From Nitrospinaceae bacterium (GTDB taxonomy: Bacteria > Nitrospinota > Nitrospinia > Nitrospinales > Nitrospinaceae): 64,000 bases of DNA. A model generated the notes under the pieces. That model searched no databases. It was not told the DNA's origin and saw only the letters and a list, made by a program, of their open reading frames with translations. A program made the translations under genes and the position numbers. The stretch covers positions 1,280,001 through 1,344,000 of the forward strand of contig OZ250172.1 of NCBI GenBank assembly GCA_965237905.1, given 5' to 3'. Positions 26,658 through 36,323 of the stretch are shown here, piece by piece (the stretch's first letter is position 1; each line of letters begins with the position of its first letter).

Positions 26658-28733
26658 TTGATGATCGTTCCCCGCAAGCTCAAATTCACAATCTGTCTCG
26701 CAGTGCTGTCATCACTGTTCGGCTTCACCGTCTACGCCCATGCGGAGAACCCTGCAGGAGTGACCGCCGTCATCGGAGTCACTGGTCAAGAAGAGCGATG
26801 CCTCACATGCCATGCGGGGATCGAAGAAGTCAGCCGCTCACATCCTCTCAAACTGGGATGCACCTCCTGCCACGGCGGCAATGGCGCGGCGGAAGACAAA
26901 AATGGAGCGCATGCCACGCTCATCTACGACCCGGCAGCAGGAACCGGCAAACGCAATCCTTCTTCCCTGAAAGTGGTTCACCTCAGTTGCGGAAGAGCAC
27001 AATGCCATTCCGGCCATCAGGATGAAACCCGCAACCACGCCGACCGGGTCCGCAAATCCATGATGGGGAATATGTCAGGAGTCATTACCGGCCTGCGGTA
27101 CCAGTGGGGCGGCCAGCCGGGGAAATCGGCGCGCTACGGAATCTATAAGGTAGAAGATAAAGACGGCATGACTCCGGAAAACCTCGGCGCCCTGAAACGT
27201 CTGGAAGAACTCCCTTATTTTACCCCCTATCACTGGCGGCAACATCAAACCGCACGGAAGGGAGCCCCCCGTAAAAAAATTTCCAATCACATCGGCGACC
27301 ATGTTCTGCGCGAACGTTGTTTTCAATGCCACATCGATGCGCCTCCACCAAAGGGAGAATACCGCTCACAGGGATGCGCCGCCTGCCATTTCAGGTACCA
27401 CCCGGAAGGGAAATACCTGGGTAGCGATCCGATGATTCCCAAAGACAAGCCAGGGTATCCGGCGTATCATCGCATGACAGTACTGCCTTCCAGCAACCTG
27501 TGCGTGCAATGCCACAAATCATTTTTATCGCAGATGACCACGGAAAAATTTTCCATTCCCTTTCCGCAACGCAATCGCCAGGGGAAACTCCCCTTCCCTG
27601 GAGCCGGCCAACCCCGTATGGACGTTCATCTGGAACGGGGGATGGAATGCATTGACTGCCATACGCAGTCTGATATCATGGGAGACGGTAACATCTACTC
27701 CCGGCAATTTCAGGCGGTGGAAATCCGTTGCGAAACCTGCCACGGCAACACCACGTCGTATCCCCGGATTTCAAAAATCAAGACGTCCCAGGACCCGGCC
27801 GTTCGGTTGAGTCGCCATTACAGAGGTCTCACCAACAAGGTAGGCGACGCCATGGCGGTTTCGGCCAGGAAACAAAAATTATCCAACGTCAAAACGCAGG
27901 GAAAGAAATTTGTCACTTACAGCAAACGTACTGGAAAAGCGCGCACCATTCCGCTGACCAAGGATCAGCGTTGGGGACACAACATTCCCGGCCACCGGGA
28001 CAAACTGGCCTGCACGGCATGCCATTCGCAATGGGTGCCTCGCTGTCAAGGATGTCACATGACTCTGAAGTCGGGGAAAGGTAACGGCGCGGCCAGCACC
28101 TGGAACCCGTTTCAATTCACCATGAAACATGAAGAACCGGCGTTGATGATCGGCCCGCGCGGTAAAGTGGTCCCCATGCTGGCTCAACCGCCGCACACCC
28201 TGACCGTTGTGGATCAACAGGAGAAAATAGTTCCGGTCGTTGACAACAAGGGCGATTCGCCGGGAGACTACCGTCATTGGGAATTCACCAACTCTGCCGG
28301 TAACTCGGGTTCCAATCTGGCTTATGGCACCCAACCACATTCGGTGAGCAAAAAAGTACGCTCCTGCGCAAGCTGTCACCTGTCTCCGAAAACCCTGGGG
28401 ATGGGTGAAGGGGACTTGCATATCAAGAAACATGCGTCCGGCCGGTACGATAAATTCAACCCGCTGGTGCGAACCAACCGGGTGCTGAACAAATCAAAAT
28501 TCGGACCCCAGACCAAAGTGAACCCACGGGGACAAGCGATCGCCGGCTCCGGTCAACCGGGTGCGCGACCATTCAATCAGGAGGAAATCACTCGTATCCT
28601 GAAAGTCGGCAACTGCATTCCCTGCCATTCGCGCTATACGGATAAAATTTACCAGGATATGGAAAAGAGTTACAAATTTTCGATCAATATCAAACATCGT
28701 AAATTAAGAGACAAAATTTTAAAGAAACGCTGA
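26658..28733 (+). CDS. Periplasmic multiheme c-type cytochrome (11 CxxCH + 1 CX4CH)
   Basis: Signal peptide; CLTCH, CTSCH, CFQCH, CAACH, CVQCH, CIDCH, CETCH, CTACH, CQGCH, CASCH, CIPCH, plus CGRAQCH. Confidence 0.9.
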   Translation: MMIVPRKLKFTICLAVLSSLFGFTVYAHAENPAGVTAVIGVTGQEERCLTCHAGIEEVSRSHPLKLGCTSCHGGNGAAEDKNGAHATLIYDPAAGTGKRNPSSLKVVHLSCGRAQCHSGHQDETRNHADRVRKSMMGNMSGVITGLRYQWGGQPGKSARYGIYKVEDKDGMTPENLGALKRLEELPYFTPYHWRQHQTARKGAPRKKISNHIGDHVLRERCFQCHIDAPPPKGEYRSQGCAACHFRYHPEGKYLGSDPMIPKDKPGYPAYHRMTVLPSSNLCVQCHKSFLSQMTTEKFSIPFPQRNRQGKLPFPGAGQPRMDVHLERGMECIDCHTQSDIMGDGNIYSRQFQAVEIRCETCHGNTTSYPRISKIKTSQDPAVRLSRHYRGLTNKVGDAMAVSARKQKLSNVKTQGKKFVTYSKRTGKARTIPLTKDQRWGHNIPGHRDKLACTACHSQWVPRCQGCHMTLKSGKGNGAASTWNPFQFTMKHEEPALMIGPRGKVVPMLAQPPHTLTVVDQQEKIVPVVDNKGDSPGDYRHWEFTNSAGNSGSNLAYGTQPHSVSKKVRSCASCHLSPKTLGMGEGDLHIKKHASGRYDKFNPLVRTNRVLNKSKFGPQTKVNPRGQAIAGSGQPGARPFNQEEITRILKVGNCIPCHSRYTDKIYQDMEKSYKFSINIKHRKLRDKILKKR

Positions 28734-28740
28734 CCCTTTT

Positions 28741-31449
28741 ATGAAGTTTCTGTTTTCAAAAACAACCTTTCTTACACTACTCGCCACACTGGCACTGGCG
28801 TGGGCCCTTCCTCAACTGATGGCTCAGGAAGATGGGTCAGCGCCTTTTGGCGAGGAAAGATCCAATCAATCCCCCGGCGGTTTCGAAAAGAATATGGTGG
28901 ACATCCCACCTCAGCGGGAGAAATCGACGATGGATGCATCCGATTTCCGGGACCCGTTCTTTTTTCTGAAAAGAGATGGCAAGGATTCCAAAGAGGCGCT
29001 GAAGCCGGGCACAACGGTGGACGGCCTGCGGTTCAATACCTACAACGACTCCCAGGGTTTTGTCGACCGCTATTATAAGAATTCCAATTTCGTTCTGAAG
29101 GATGTTTACGGCCGCATCGAATTGGTCAACAAGGAAGCGGGGTGCTTGAATTGCCACCGCGGCATCGAGGAGATCAGTCAGAACCATAAATTTTCCTGCA
29201 CCAAATGTCATAACGGCAACCCTAGAGGTAAAATCGCGGCCCTGGCTCACAAAGGTCTCGTGTCCAATCCCTCCGACTTAAAACACGCACCCAGATATTG
29301 TGGTAAATGCCATGAAGAGCAAATCAAAAAGGTGAAGAATTCGTTGATGACCACCGCGCGCGGCGTCATTGAAATCACCCGGGAAGCCTGGGGGGAGCCT
29401 CCCCTGAAACAACCCAGGCAAAAGAGAAAAAAGGGCAAGAAACGAAGCAAAAATCAACCTTGGACTTACAAGAGCCCCGGAAAACCGGTGGACGATTTTC
29501 TGCAGAAGAAATGTTTGCGTTGCCATGTGCAATCGCCATCGCCGCACCGTGCCGGAGATTACCGCGCCACCGGGTGTGCCTCCTGCCATATGATATACAC
29601 CAACGAAGGAACCTCGCTGACCCGCGATCGCGCGATTCAGAAAGTGCAAAAAGCGGACCCGAAATATTTGCGCAACCGGTTCAACCGCGGCATCGCTTCG
29701 AATTCTCTGAATAATCGGCGGGGATATCCGTTACTGCATAAATTCACCGTGGCGATACCCAGTGTCCAGTGCGAGCATTGCCACAACTACAACGGCGTCG
29801 GCAACGAATTTGAAGGTTTGTTCGGTAAACCAGCCCGGCCCAAAACCGCTCAGGCCAAAGTCGAGAAAGACCAATCTGTCCTGTATGGACGCTCACACGA
29901 GTTTCTCCTGCCCGACATCCATCGCGAAAAGGGCATGCACTGCATCGACTGCCACGGCCCCAACGAAATCAAGGCGGATGCTTCCAAGTACCCGACCCAG
30001 CACGATGCGGTCAAGGTCCGGTGTGAAACCTGTCATGGAACCAACAACCGGGCTCCCACCGGCATCGAACTGAAAGTAGAAGACTCGCGGGCGGAAGAAC
30101 TGATCAAGAAAAACCAACTCAACCCCAATCTGATGAAGAAAATTAAAATGGGGGACACGGTGATGGCTGACCGGCAAGGACGGCTTCAGCCTCATATATT
30201 ACTGGTCGATGGCAAATGGATTCTGTACTCCAAGGTCACGGGTAAGGAACATAAGATCCCGCTTTTAAAATTCATGCGAAAGCGCCCGTATGCCCATCAG
30301 ATACTCGGCCATATGAAATATACGGAATGCTCCGCCTGCCATGCGCGCTGGTCCGCCAACGAATGGGGGATGCATGTGATCCGGGAGGAAAAAATCAATC
30401 CGAGGCAATGGCAGGATTGGTCCCTCTCCGACCCCACCCTGCAGCAACAGCTATGGGGATGGAAACGTGATAAGGCCCTGGTCAAGCAACCCATGGGAAT
30501 GCTGAACTGGAACTCGGCAATCACCACCCCGAACGGCCCCAGGGGAAGCTGGGCGAAAGGCATCTGGAGCCACGTCTTCTCCGAAACGGGTTGGAGCAGT
30601 TTGATCCTCGGAAAAAACAAGCGCAAACGATACACGATCATGAAACCGCGTTATCAATATTTCCTGACCACCCTTTCCAATAAGGATGGCCGGTCCACTC
30701 TGAGAGCCAAAGTACCTATGACACCACGCGGCAAACCGGGTTGGGTGATGACTCCCCATACTCCGCACACCATCCGGTCCACCACCCGCCCCTGTGAAAG
30801 CTGTCACGAAAGCACTCTGGCGGCGGGACTCGGAGAATCGACACTGAGATACGTGGAGGACGGAAAACCGTTTCTGAGTGAATTAAAACGGTCCAACCGC
30901 ATCCTGCCTCAATTTCAGATCAAGCAGATGGTGTCGCGCAACGGCTGGAGCCTGCAGAACCCGATGCCCAAGGGGAAACTGCGGTTTATGAATTCCAAGG
31001 AAATAAAATCCCTGCTCAAAAAATCGGAACGTTACAACGCCTATCGTTTTCTGTCTCTGAGAAGAGCCGGGCAATCGCGCCTGCTGATCCGGGAAGAATT
31101 CCCTTACGATTTAAAACATCAAGTCAACCAAGAGAAATTCGGTCCGCCCACGGAAAAAGAAGCACTCTATTATTACGATTTGGATCAGCACCGTTTTTTC
31201 GAGAGTCAGCGTCCGGAGCCGGCTCCCGAGTCTACACCCGGTGAAATGCTAGAGGAGCAGACGACTATCGAATCAACGGAAGAACAGGAAAAGGAAGAAC
31301 AGGAAATCACTGCACCTTTACCCCCGGCCAAGACCCCAGAAAGCTCCAGCCCGAAATTTTTTATTGACCTGAGGCCAAACGTAACCAAGCCCCCTCCAAC
31401 TCCCCAGCCGCTTCCCGAAAAAGGGTTTTTGGAAAATGAGAAGCCCTAA
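28741..31449 (+). CDS. Periplasmic multiheme c-type cytochrome (10 CxxCH), paralog of the upstream gene
   Basis: CLNCH, CTKCH, CGKCH, CLRCH, CASCH, CEHCH, CIDCH, CETCH, CSACH, CESCH; acidic Pro-rich tail. Confidence 0.9.
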   Translation: MKFLFSKTTFLTLLATLALAWALPQLMAQEDGSAPFGEERSNQSPGGFEKNMVDIPPQREKSTMDASDFRDPFFFLKRDGKDSKEALKPGTTVDGLRFNTYNDSQGFVDRYYKNSNFVLKDVYGRIELVNKEAGCLNCHRGIEEISQNHKFSCTKCHNGNPRGKIAALAHKGLVSNPSDLKHAPRYCGKCHEEQIKKVKNSLMTTARGVIEITREAWGEPPLKQPRQKRKKGKKRSKNQPWTYKSPGKPVDDFLQKKCLRCHVQSPSPHRAGDYRATGCASCHMIYTNEGTSLTRDRAIQKVQKADPKYLRNRFNRGIASNSLNNRRGYPLLHKFTVAIPSVQCEHCHNYNGVGNEFEGLFGKPARPKTAQAKVEKDQSVLYGRSHEFLLPDIHREKGMHCIDCHGPNEIKADASKYPTQHDAVKVRCETCHGTNNRAPTGIELKVEDSRAEELIKKNQLNPNLMKKIKMGDTVMADRQGRLQPHILLVDGKWILYSKVTGKEHKIPLLKFMRKRPYAHQILGHMKYTECSACHARWSANEWGMHVIREEKINPRQWQDWSLSDPTLQQQLWGWKRDKALVKQPMGMLNWNSAITTPNGPRGSWAKGIWSHVFSETGWSSLILGKNKRKRYTIMKPRYQYFLTTLSNKDGRSTLRAKVPMTPRGKPGWVMTPHTPHTIRSTTRPCESCHESTLAAGLGESTLRYVEDGKPFLSELKRSNRILPQFQIKQMVSRNGWSLQNPMPKGKLRFMNSKEIKSLLKKSERYNAYRFLSLRRAGQSRLLIREEFPYDLKHQVNQEKFGPPTEKEALYYYDLDQHRFFESQRPEPAPESTPGEMLEEQTTIESTEEQEKEEQEITAPLPPAKTPESSSPKFFIDLRPNVTKPPPTPQPLPEKGFLENEKP

Positions 31450-32116
31450 AAAGACTTTCCTGATTGGATCGTTCCTGCTGATCGCCGGAGGATGGTGTGC
31501 CGCCGGAGCCGGGGCGTCGCCCGCGCTGGTGAAGGAACTACAATGCGATACCTGCCACCGGTTTTCTAAAAACGAGGCAGAAAAATCCGCTCCCGATTTG
31601 TTTTTCGCCGGCGACAAGTTTCAAAAGGAATGGCTGAAAAAATTTTTGAAACAACCTGAGACGATCCGACTGGCGGGACACACGCGCGACCCGGGGTTTT
31701 TAAAAGGCAAACCGCAATACACCGGCCCTCATCCCACCTTGAACCCCAAAGAAGCACAGCAGATGACGGATCATCTGATGTCTCTGAGGATTCTGAAGGA
31801 TATTGCGCCGCTGGAATTGCCGGCTTTATCCAAGGGCACGCGCGTACGAGTGAAAATTTTGTTTGAGCGGAACTACAGTTGCATCGCCTGCCACCAGAGT
31901 TATAACCTGGCCCGCCAACCGCGAGGCGGAGTCTCCGGTCCTTCACTGATCGACGCAGGCCGCCGCCTGCGTCCCGAATGGGTGTACCAATGGCTGAAAA
32001 ACCCCAAACAATTTATCACCCGGGGAAGAATGCCGCTTTACACGTTTGACGAAGAAACCCTGCGAAAAATGACCCAATACATCATGTCCCACAAAAAGGA
32101 TCCTAAAAGTAAATGA
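31436..32116 (+). CDS. Diheme cytochrome c
   Basis: Signal peptide; CDTCH...APDL and CIACH...GPSL...RMP. Confidence 0.88.
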   Translation: MRSPKKTFLIGSFLLIAGGWCAAGAGASPALVKELQCDTCHRFSKNEAEKSAPDLFFAGDKFQKEWLKKFLKQPETIRLAGHTRDPGFLKGKPQYTGPHPTLNPKEAQQMTDHLMSLRILKDIAPLELPALSKGTRVRVKILFERNYSCIACHQSYNLARQPRGGVSGPSLIDAGRRLRPEWVYQWLKNPKQFITRGRMPLYTFDEETLRKMTQYIMSHKKDPKSK

Positions 32117-32553
32117 ACCGTGTCTTGATTTTAATCGGGGGAGTCGCACTGATGGCTATACTCGCCGGGTGCGGCCAAGACCCGGCGGAGGAAAAACCAT
32201 CGCCGTCTTCCACTGCGTCCGCGCCATCCGCGCCTTCTCCAGCCCCTCGCGCACATCCGGTCACCCAGGAGACCCGCGACACGTATCAGTTTTACTGCGC
32301 CCAATGTCATGGCACCGACGGACATGGCACTGGCATCAACGCACCCTACCTGACCGTTCCGCCACGCGACCACACCAAGGCCGCTTATCTCGAAACCCGC
32401 ACCGACGAACATTTGTTCACCGCCATTCAGCAAGGCGGGTTGGCGGTCGGCCGGGCACCTTGCATGCCCAGTTGGCAACGCACACTGGATGAGAACACCA
32501 TGCACTCCCTGGTGAGTTATATCCGCGAGCTATGCCAATGCGAGGCCCTGTAA
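32113..32553 (+). CDS. Monoheme cytochrome c lipoprotein
   Basis: Lipobox LAGC; CAQCHGTDGHG; distal MPSW. Confidence 0.88.
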   Translation: MNRVLILIGGVALMAILAGCGQDPAEEKPSPSSTASAPSAPSPAPRAHPVTQETRDTYQFYCAQCHGTDGHGTGINAPYLTVPPRDHTKAAYLETRTDEHLFTAIQQGGLAVGRAPCMPSWQRTLDENTMHSLVSYIRELCQCEAL

Positions 32554-32681
32554 CCGGCTAATTGTCATCTAATCCTAAAAATAGTATAGTGAGCCTCCGA
32601 TGATCCCCACGGCGCCCCAAGGAAGCCTTGCGTTGCCCCGGCGTCCGCATCATCTCAATTCAAACCAATAGGAAGTGACCC

Positions 32682-33974
32682 ATGGTAGAAGTCGTGCCGT
32701 TCAACGGCCTGCGTTACAACGAGGAAAAATCCGGCCCTCTTTCTGAGTTGATTGCACCGCCGTATGATGTCATCCGCCCGAACCTGCAGGAGGAGTTGTA
32801 TGCGCGTAACCCGCACAACGTGGTGCGACTGATCCTGGGCAAACAGAGTGAAGACGACAACGACGCCAACAGCCGGTACACGCGGTCGGCCAAAGACTTT
32901 ACGGATTGGCAGTCAAAGGGTATTTTGAAGGAAGACGCGGTACCGTCATTTTATGTTTACAGCCAGGAATACACGTTCAACGGACAAACCAACAACCGCA
33001 TCGGTTTTTTCGTGCGGGTACGGCTGGAAGACTTTGACAAAGGCAATATCTGTCCACACGAATTCACCCTCGCCAAAGCCAAGAAAGATCGGGCGCAATT
33101 GATACGCGCCTGCCGCGCCAACTTCAGCCCGGTGTTCGGTTTGTTTTCGGACCCCGGAGGAGTGATTGACGGTAAGCTTGCGGAAATCATCGAACAGCCT
33201 CCTTTGACGGAAATCGATGAGGACTCCGTGATTCACCGGATGTGGCAGGTGGACGATGCGGAAACGGTTCAGTTTTTATCGGGAAGTTTCAAGGATAAGA
33301 AAGTGTATATTGCGGACGGCCATCACCGCTACGAAACCTCACTGGCCTATCACAAAGAACACGGGGCAGAAGTTCCCGACTCGGCGCATGTGATGATGTT
33401 TCTCACCAATCTGGATGCGCAGTCGCTGGCCATTTATCCGATCCACCGTCAATTGAAATGCCCCACACCTTTCACACGGGAACATTGCATCGAACAACTG
33501 ACGCCCTATTTCGACGTAGAACAATTGCCTAAAGGACAATCCGCCGATCAGCTCACGGCCCGGCTCGAAAAAACGGGAAAAGATGGAATCGTCTTCTGCG
33601 CATATCTGGGTCAGGGAGGCGCCCTTCTTTTAAAACTCAAAGATATTAAAAATATCGTTCCCTTTATGGAGGATGACTCCACCGACCTGAAGGTTCTGGA
33701 TGTGTACCAACTCCACACTTTGGTTTTGAGAGAACTTTTGGGAATCGATACACGCAAACCGGAGCATCAGCAATACATCACTTACAACGTGCGCACCGAG
33801 GAGTCGATGGCCAACGTGGATGCAGGCACATTCGACCTGGTGATCTTCATGAACGCCACGCGCATGGAGCAGGTCCGCCAATTGGCCGAAAAGGGAATCC
33901 GCCTGCCGCAGAAAGCCACTTACTTTTATCCAAAATTGCTTTCGGGTCTGGTGATCAACCGATTCAAACCATGA
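32682..33974 (+). CDS. DUF1015-family protein
   Basis: APPYDVI, PHEFT, YIADGHHRYE, LPQKATYFYPKLLSGLV. Confidence 0.9.
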   Translation: MVEVVPFNGLRYNEEKSGPLSELIAPPYDVIRPNLQEELYARNPHNVVRLILGKQSEDDNDANSRYTRSAKDFTDWQSKGILKEDAVPSFYVYSQEYTFNGQTNNRIGFFVRVRLEDFDKGNICPHEFTLAKAKKDRAQLIRACRANFSPVFGLFSDPGGVIDGKLAEIIEQPPLTEIDEDSVIHRMWQVDDAETVQFLSGSFKDKKVYIADGHHRYETSLAYHKEHGAEVPDSAHVMMFLTNLDAQSLAIYPIHRQLKCPTPFTREHCIEQLTPYFDVEQLPKGQSADQLTARLEKTGKDGIVFCAYLGQGGALLLKLKDIKNIVPFMEDDSTDLKVLDVYQLHTLVLRELLGIDTRKPEHQQYITYNVRTEESMANVDAGTFDLVIFMNATRMEQVRQLAEKGIRLPQKATYFYPKLLSGLVINRFKP

Positions 33975-34621
33975 AAATCATTTCCGCTGAGTTTATGATC
34001 AGCGCGGTGTCCGACGAGCAGTATCCGCGTGGGGTTTTACCGGAGATTGCTTTTGTCGGACGCTCCAACGTCGGCAAATCGTCGCTCATCAATTCCCTGC
34101 TCAACCGGGAAAAACTGGTCAAGACCAGCTCCACCCCCGGCAAAACCCAGATGATCAACTTTTTCGACGTGAATCACGAATTCGTGTGCGCCGATCTCCC
34201 CGGTTATGGATTCGCGAAAGTCCCCAAGGCCGTTCAAAAGAAATGGCAGAGCCTGGTCGAACAGTATTTAACAAGCCGGGAGAATTTGCGAACGGTGATC
34301 TTCATCGTTGATATCCGTAGAAAACCGACCGATCTCGATCTGCACATGCAGGAATGGTTGGAGCAATATGAAGTGGACTACATTCTGGTCGCGACGAAAG
34401 CCGACAAACTTTCCCAGGCGGAACAAAGCAAGCAACTCAAACAGATTCGGCAGGCATTTTTGAAAGATGCGAAACAGGAAATGGTGGCCTACTCCAGCAA
34501 AAACCAAAGAGGCCGCAAAGAACTCTGGAAACTTTTACAAAAACGAATTGAAAACACCGATTTCTCGTCCAAAAAAAATGGGGTCGACCTCATCCAACCC
34601 GGACAAGATGACCCCATTTAA
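33971..34621 (+). CDS. engB: Ribosome biogenesis GTPase YihA/EngB
   Basis: EIAFVGRSNVGKSSLIN, TPGKTQ, DLPGYG, TKADK. Confidence 0.96.
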   Translation: MKIISAEFMISAVSDEQYPRGVLPEIAFVGRSNVGKSSLINSLLNREKLVKTSSTPGKTQMINFFDVNHEFVCADLPGYGFAKVPKAVQKKWQSLVEQYLTSRENLRTVIFIVDIRRKPTDLDLHMQEWLEQYEVDYILVATKADKLSQAEQSKQLKQIRQAFLKDAKQEMVAYSSKNQRGRKELWKLLQKRIENTDFSSKKNGVDLIQPGQDDPI

Positions 34622-34644
34622 GTATTAGAGGGTTGATCGATGAA

Positions 34645-34971
34645 CTATCCCCACATTTCTTCCGGGAGCTCCAAGCGCTCGACTTTCTTTCCGCCGACGA
34701 TATGGGACTCCAGAATTTCTTCCACGTCATCCGGTTTCACTTTAGTGTACCAGACGCCTTCCGGGTAAACGACCACGACGGGACCCATCGAACACGGCCC
34801 CATACACCCGGCGGTGGTGATCAACGCTTTTCCAAACAGCATCTTTTGTTCGATGCCCATGCTCAGTTTTTCAAAAACTTCGTTGGCCTGATGTTCCCCA
34901 CAGGAACCCCGGGGGTGCCCCGGCGGCCGTTGATTGGTACACACAATAATATGATGTGTTGGTTTCGGCAT
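34645..34971 (-). CDS. Thioredoxin-like [2Fe-2S] ferredoxin
   Basis: VCTNQRPPGHPRGSC...GCMGPCSMGPVVVVYPEGVWY. ATG 34971 follows SD AGGAGG. Confidence 0.92.
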   Translation of the reverse strand: MPKPTHHIIVCTNQRPPGHPRGSCGEHQANEVFEKLSMGIEQKMLFGKALITTAGCMGPCSMGPVVVVYPEGVWYTKVKPDDVEEILESHIVGGKKVERLELPEEMWG

Positions 34972-35228
34972 ACTCCTCCTCCAAATGATACGGATACAGT
35001 TCTGATTTTGGATGTTCAAAACACATAAACGATTTGCTTATTATAGAAAAATAGGCTTCGAACTCCTAAAAAGACTCCTTATAAACGAAAAAACCACCCC
35101 TGGAAACGAACCGCTGGGGTTTGCTCCCGGAGGTGAGGCGGTAGTATACTATAACTTGTAAATAGTTCGACCACCTGTTTCGATTATTTGCTTTTCTCAT
35201 TCCCAAACTTTTAAATTTTCAGGATTTC

Positions 35229-36299
35229 ATGCCCAAAAATACCCTGACGGGGAACCTATTCGCGGAACCACGATTCGATGAGCCGTACCTGGTGGAAGCG
35301 GCGCATCAGGCGCTGGGCCGGCCCGTGGCTCATGTCGGGTTCTCCCCGTTGCAGGGCGACGCCTCGACCCGCCAATACTACCGCCTGTCCGTGGAATACC
35401 AAGAGGGTGCATCGGAGCCGCAGACCCTGATCCTCATGCAATTGGAAGCACCCAACGTCCGAGGCGAAACCGATTTCATCCGCATTTTAAAATTCCTGCA
35501 AGGAATCCACCAACCGGTGCCGGAATTGTTTCATTTCGATGCGGAGCGCGGACTTTTGCTGCTACAAGACTGCGGAGACCTCACGCTGGAGACATTCCTG
35601 CACTCTGCTGACCCGGCAACAGTGAAGAACTGGTACCTGAAAGCCGTGCACCTGCTGGCGGACATGCAGATAGAGGCCACGCGGGTTATCGGTGCGGATT
35701 GTCCTGCGTATCACTTGAAATTTGATGTGGAAAAATTAATGTGGGAAATGGACTTCATGCTGGAGCATTTTATCGAAGGCACCCGGCAGAATAACCTGAA
35801 AGCCGCCACCCGCAAGGAAATCCGCAAACAATTGACCGCCCTGTGCACCCTGCTTGCCGATCAAACCCCCTGGTTCACGCACCGGGACTACCACAGCCGC
35901 AACTTGATGGTCCACAACGACGGATTGGTTCTCCTGGATTTCCAGGACGCACGTATGGGACCGAGTCAATACGATCTGGCATCACTGCTTCGCGATTCTT
36001 ATCTGCCCCTTCCCGATGCCCTGGTATGGGAATTGGTGGACGCCTTCATTCAAAAAAAACAGGAGCGGGAGCATCACACCATCGACCGGGAGGAGTTTAT
36101 CCGGATTTTCGACGTTATGTCGATTCAAAGAAACCTGAAAGCCATCGGTACTTTTGCCTACCAGAAAAAAATTAAAAATAACGATCGTTACATGAGGTAT
36201 ATTGCACCCACACTTGAATACGTCCGTCAGGCCTTCATTCGGCGCACTGAACTGAAGCCTTTACACACTGTTTTGTCGGAAACGATTCCTGAGCTGTAG
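35229..36299 (+). CDS. APH-family kinase, AmgK (anomeric MurNAc/GlcNAc kinase)-like
   Basis: GDASTRQYYR, HRDYHSRNLM, LDFQDARMGP, YDLASLLRDSY, QRNLKAIGTF. Confidence 0.85.
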   Translation: MPKNTLTGNLFAEPRFDEPYLVEAAHQALGRPVAHVGFSPLQGDASTRQYYRLSVEYQEGASEPQTLILMQLEAPNVRGETDFIRILKFLQGIHQPVPELFHFDAERGLLLLQDCGDLTLETFLHSADPATVKNWYLKAVHLLADMQIEATRVIGADCPAYHLKFDVEKLMWEMDFMLEHFIEGTRQNNLKAATRKEIRKQLTALCTLLADQTPWFTHRDYHSRNLMVHNDGLVLLDFQDARMGPSQYDLASLLRDSYLPLPDALVWELVDAFIQKKQEREHHTIDREEFIRIFDVMSIQRNLKAIGTFAYQKKIKNNDRYMRYIAPTLEYVRQAFIRRTELKPLHTVLSETIPEL

Positions 36300-36323
36300 A
36301 ACCCAAATGCGGAAAACCCCTTC

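Noticed and set aside
26658..31449. HAO / NrfA nitrite reductase
   Set aside because: No CxxCK motif, and heme number and spacing do not match octaheme HAO.
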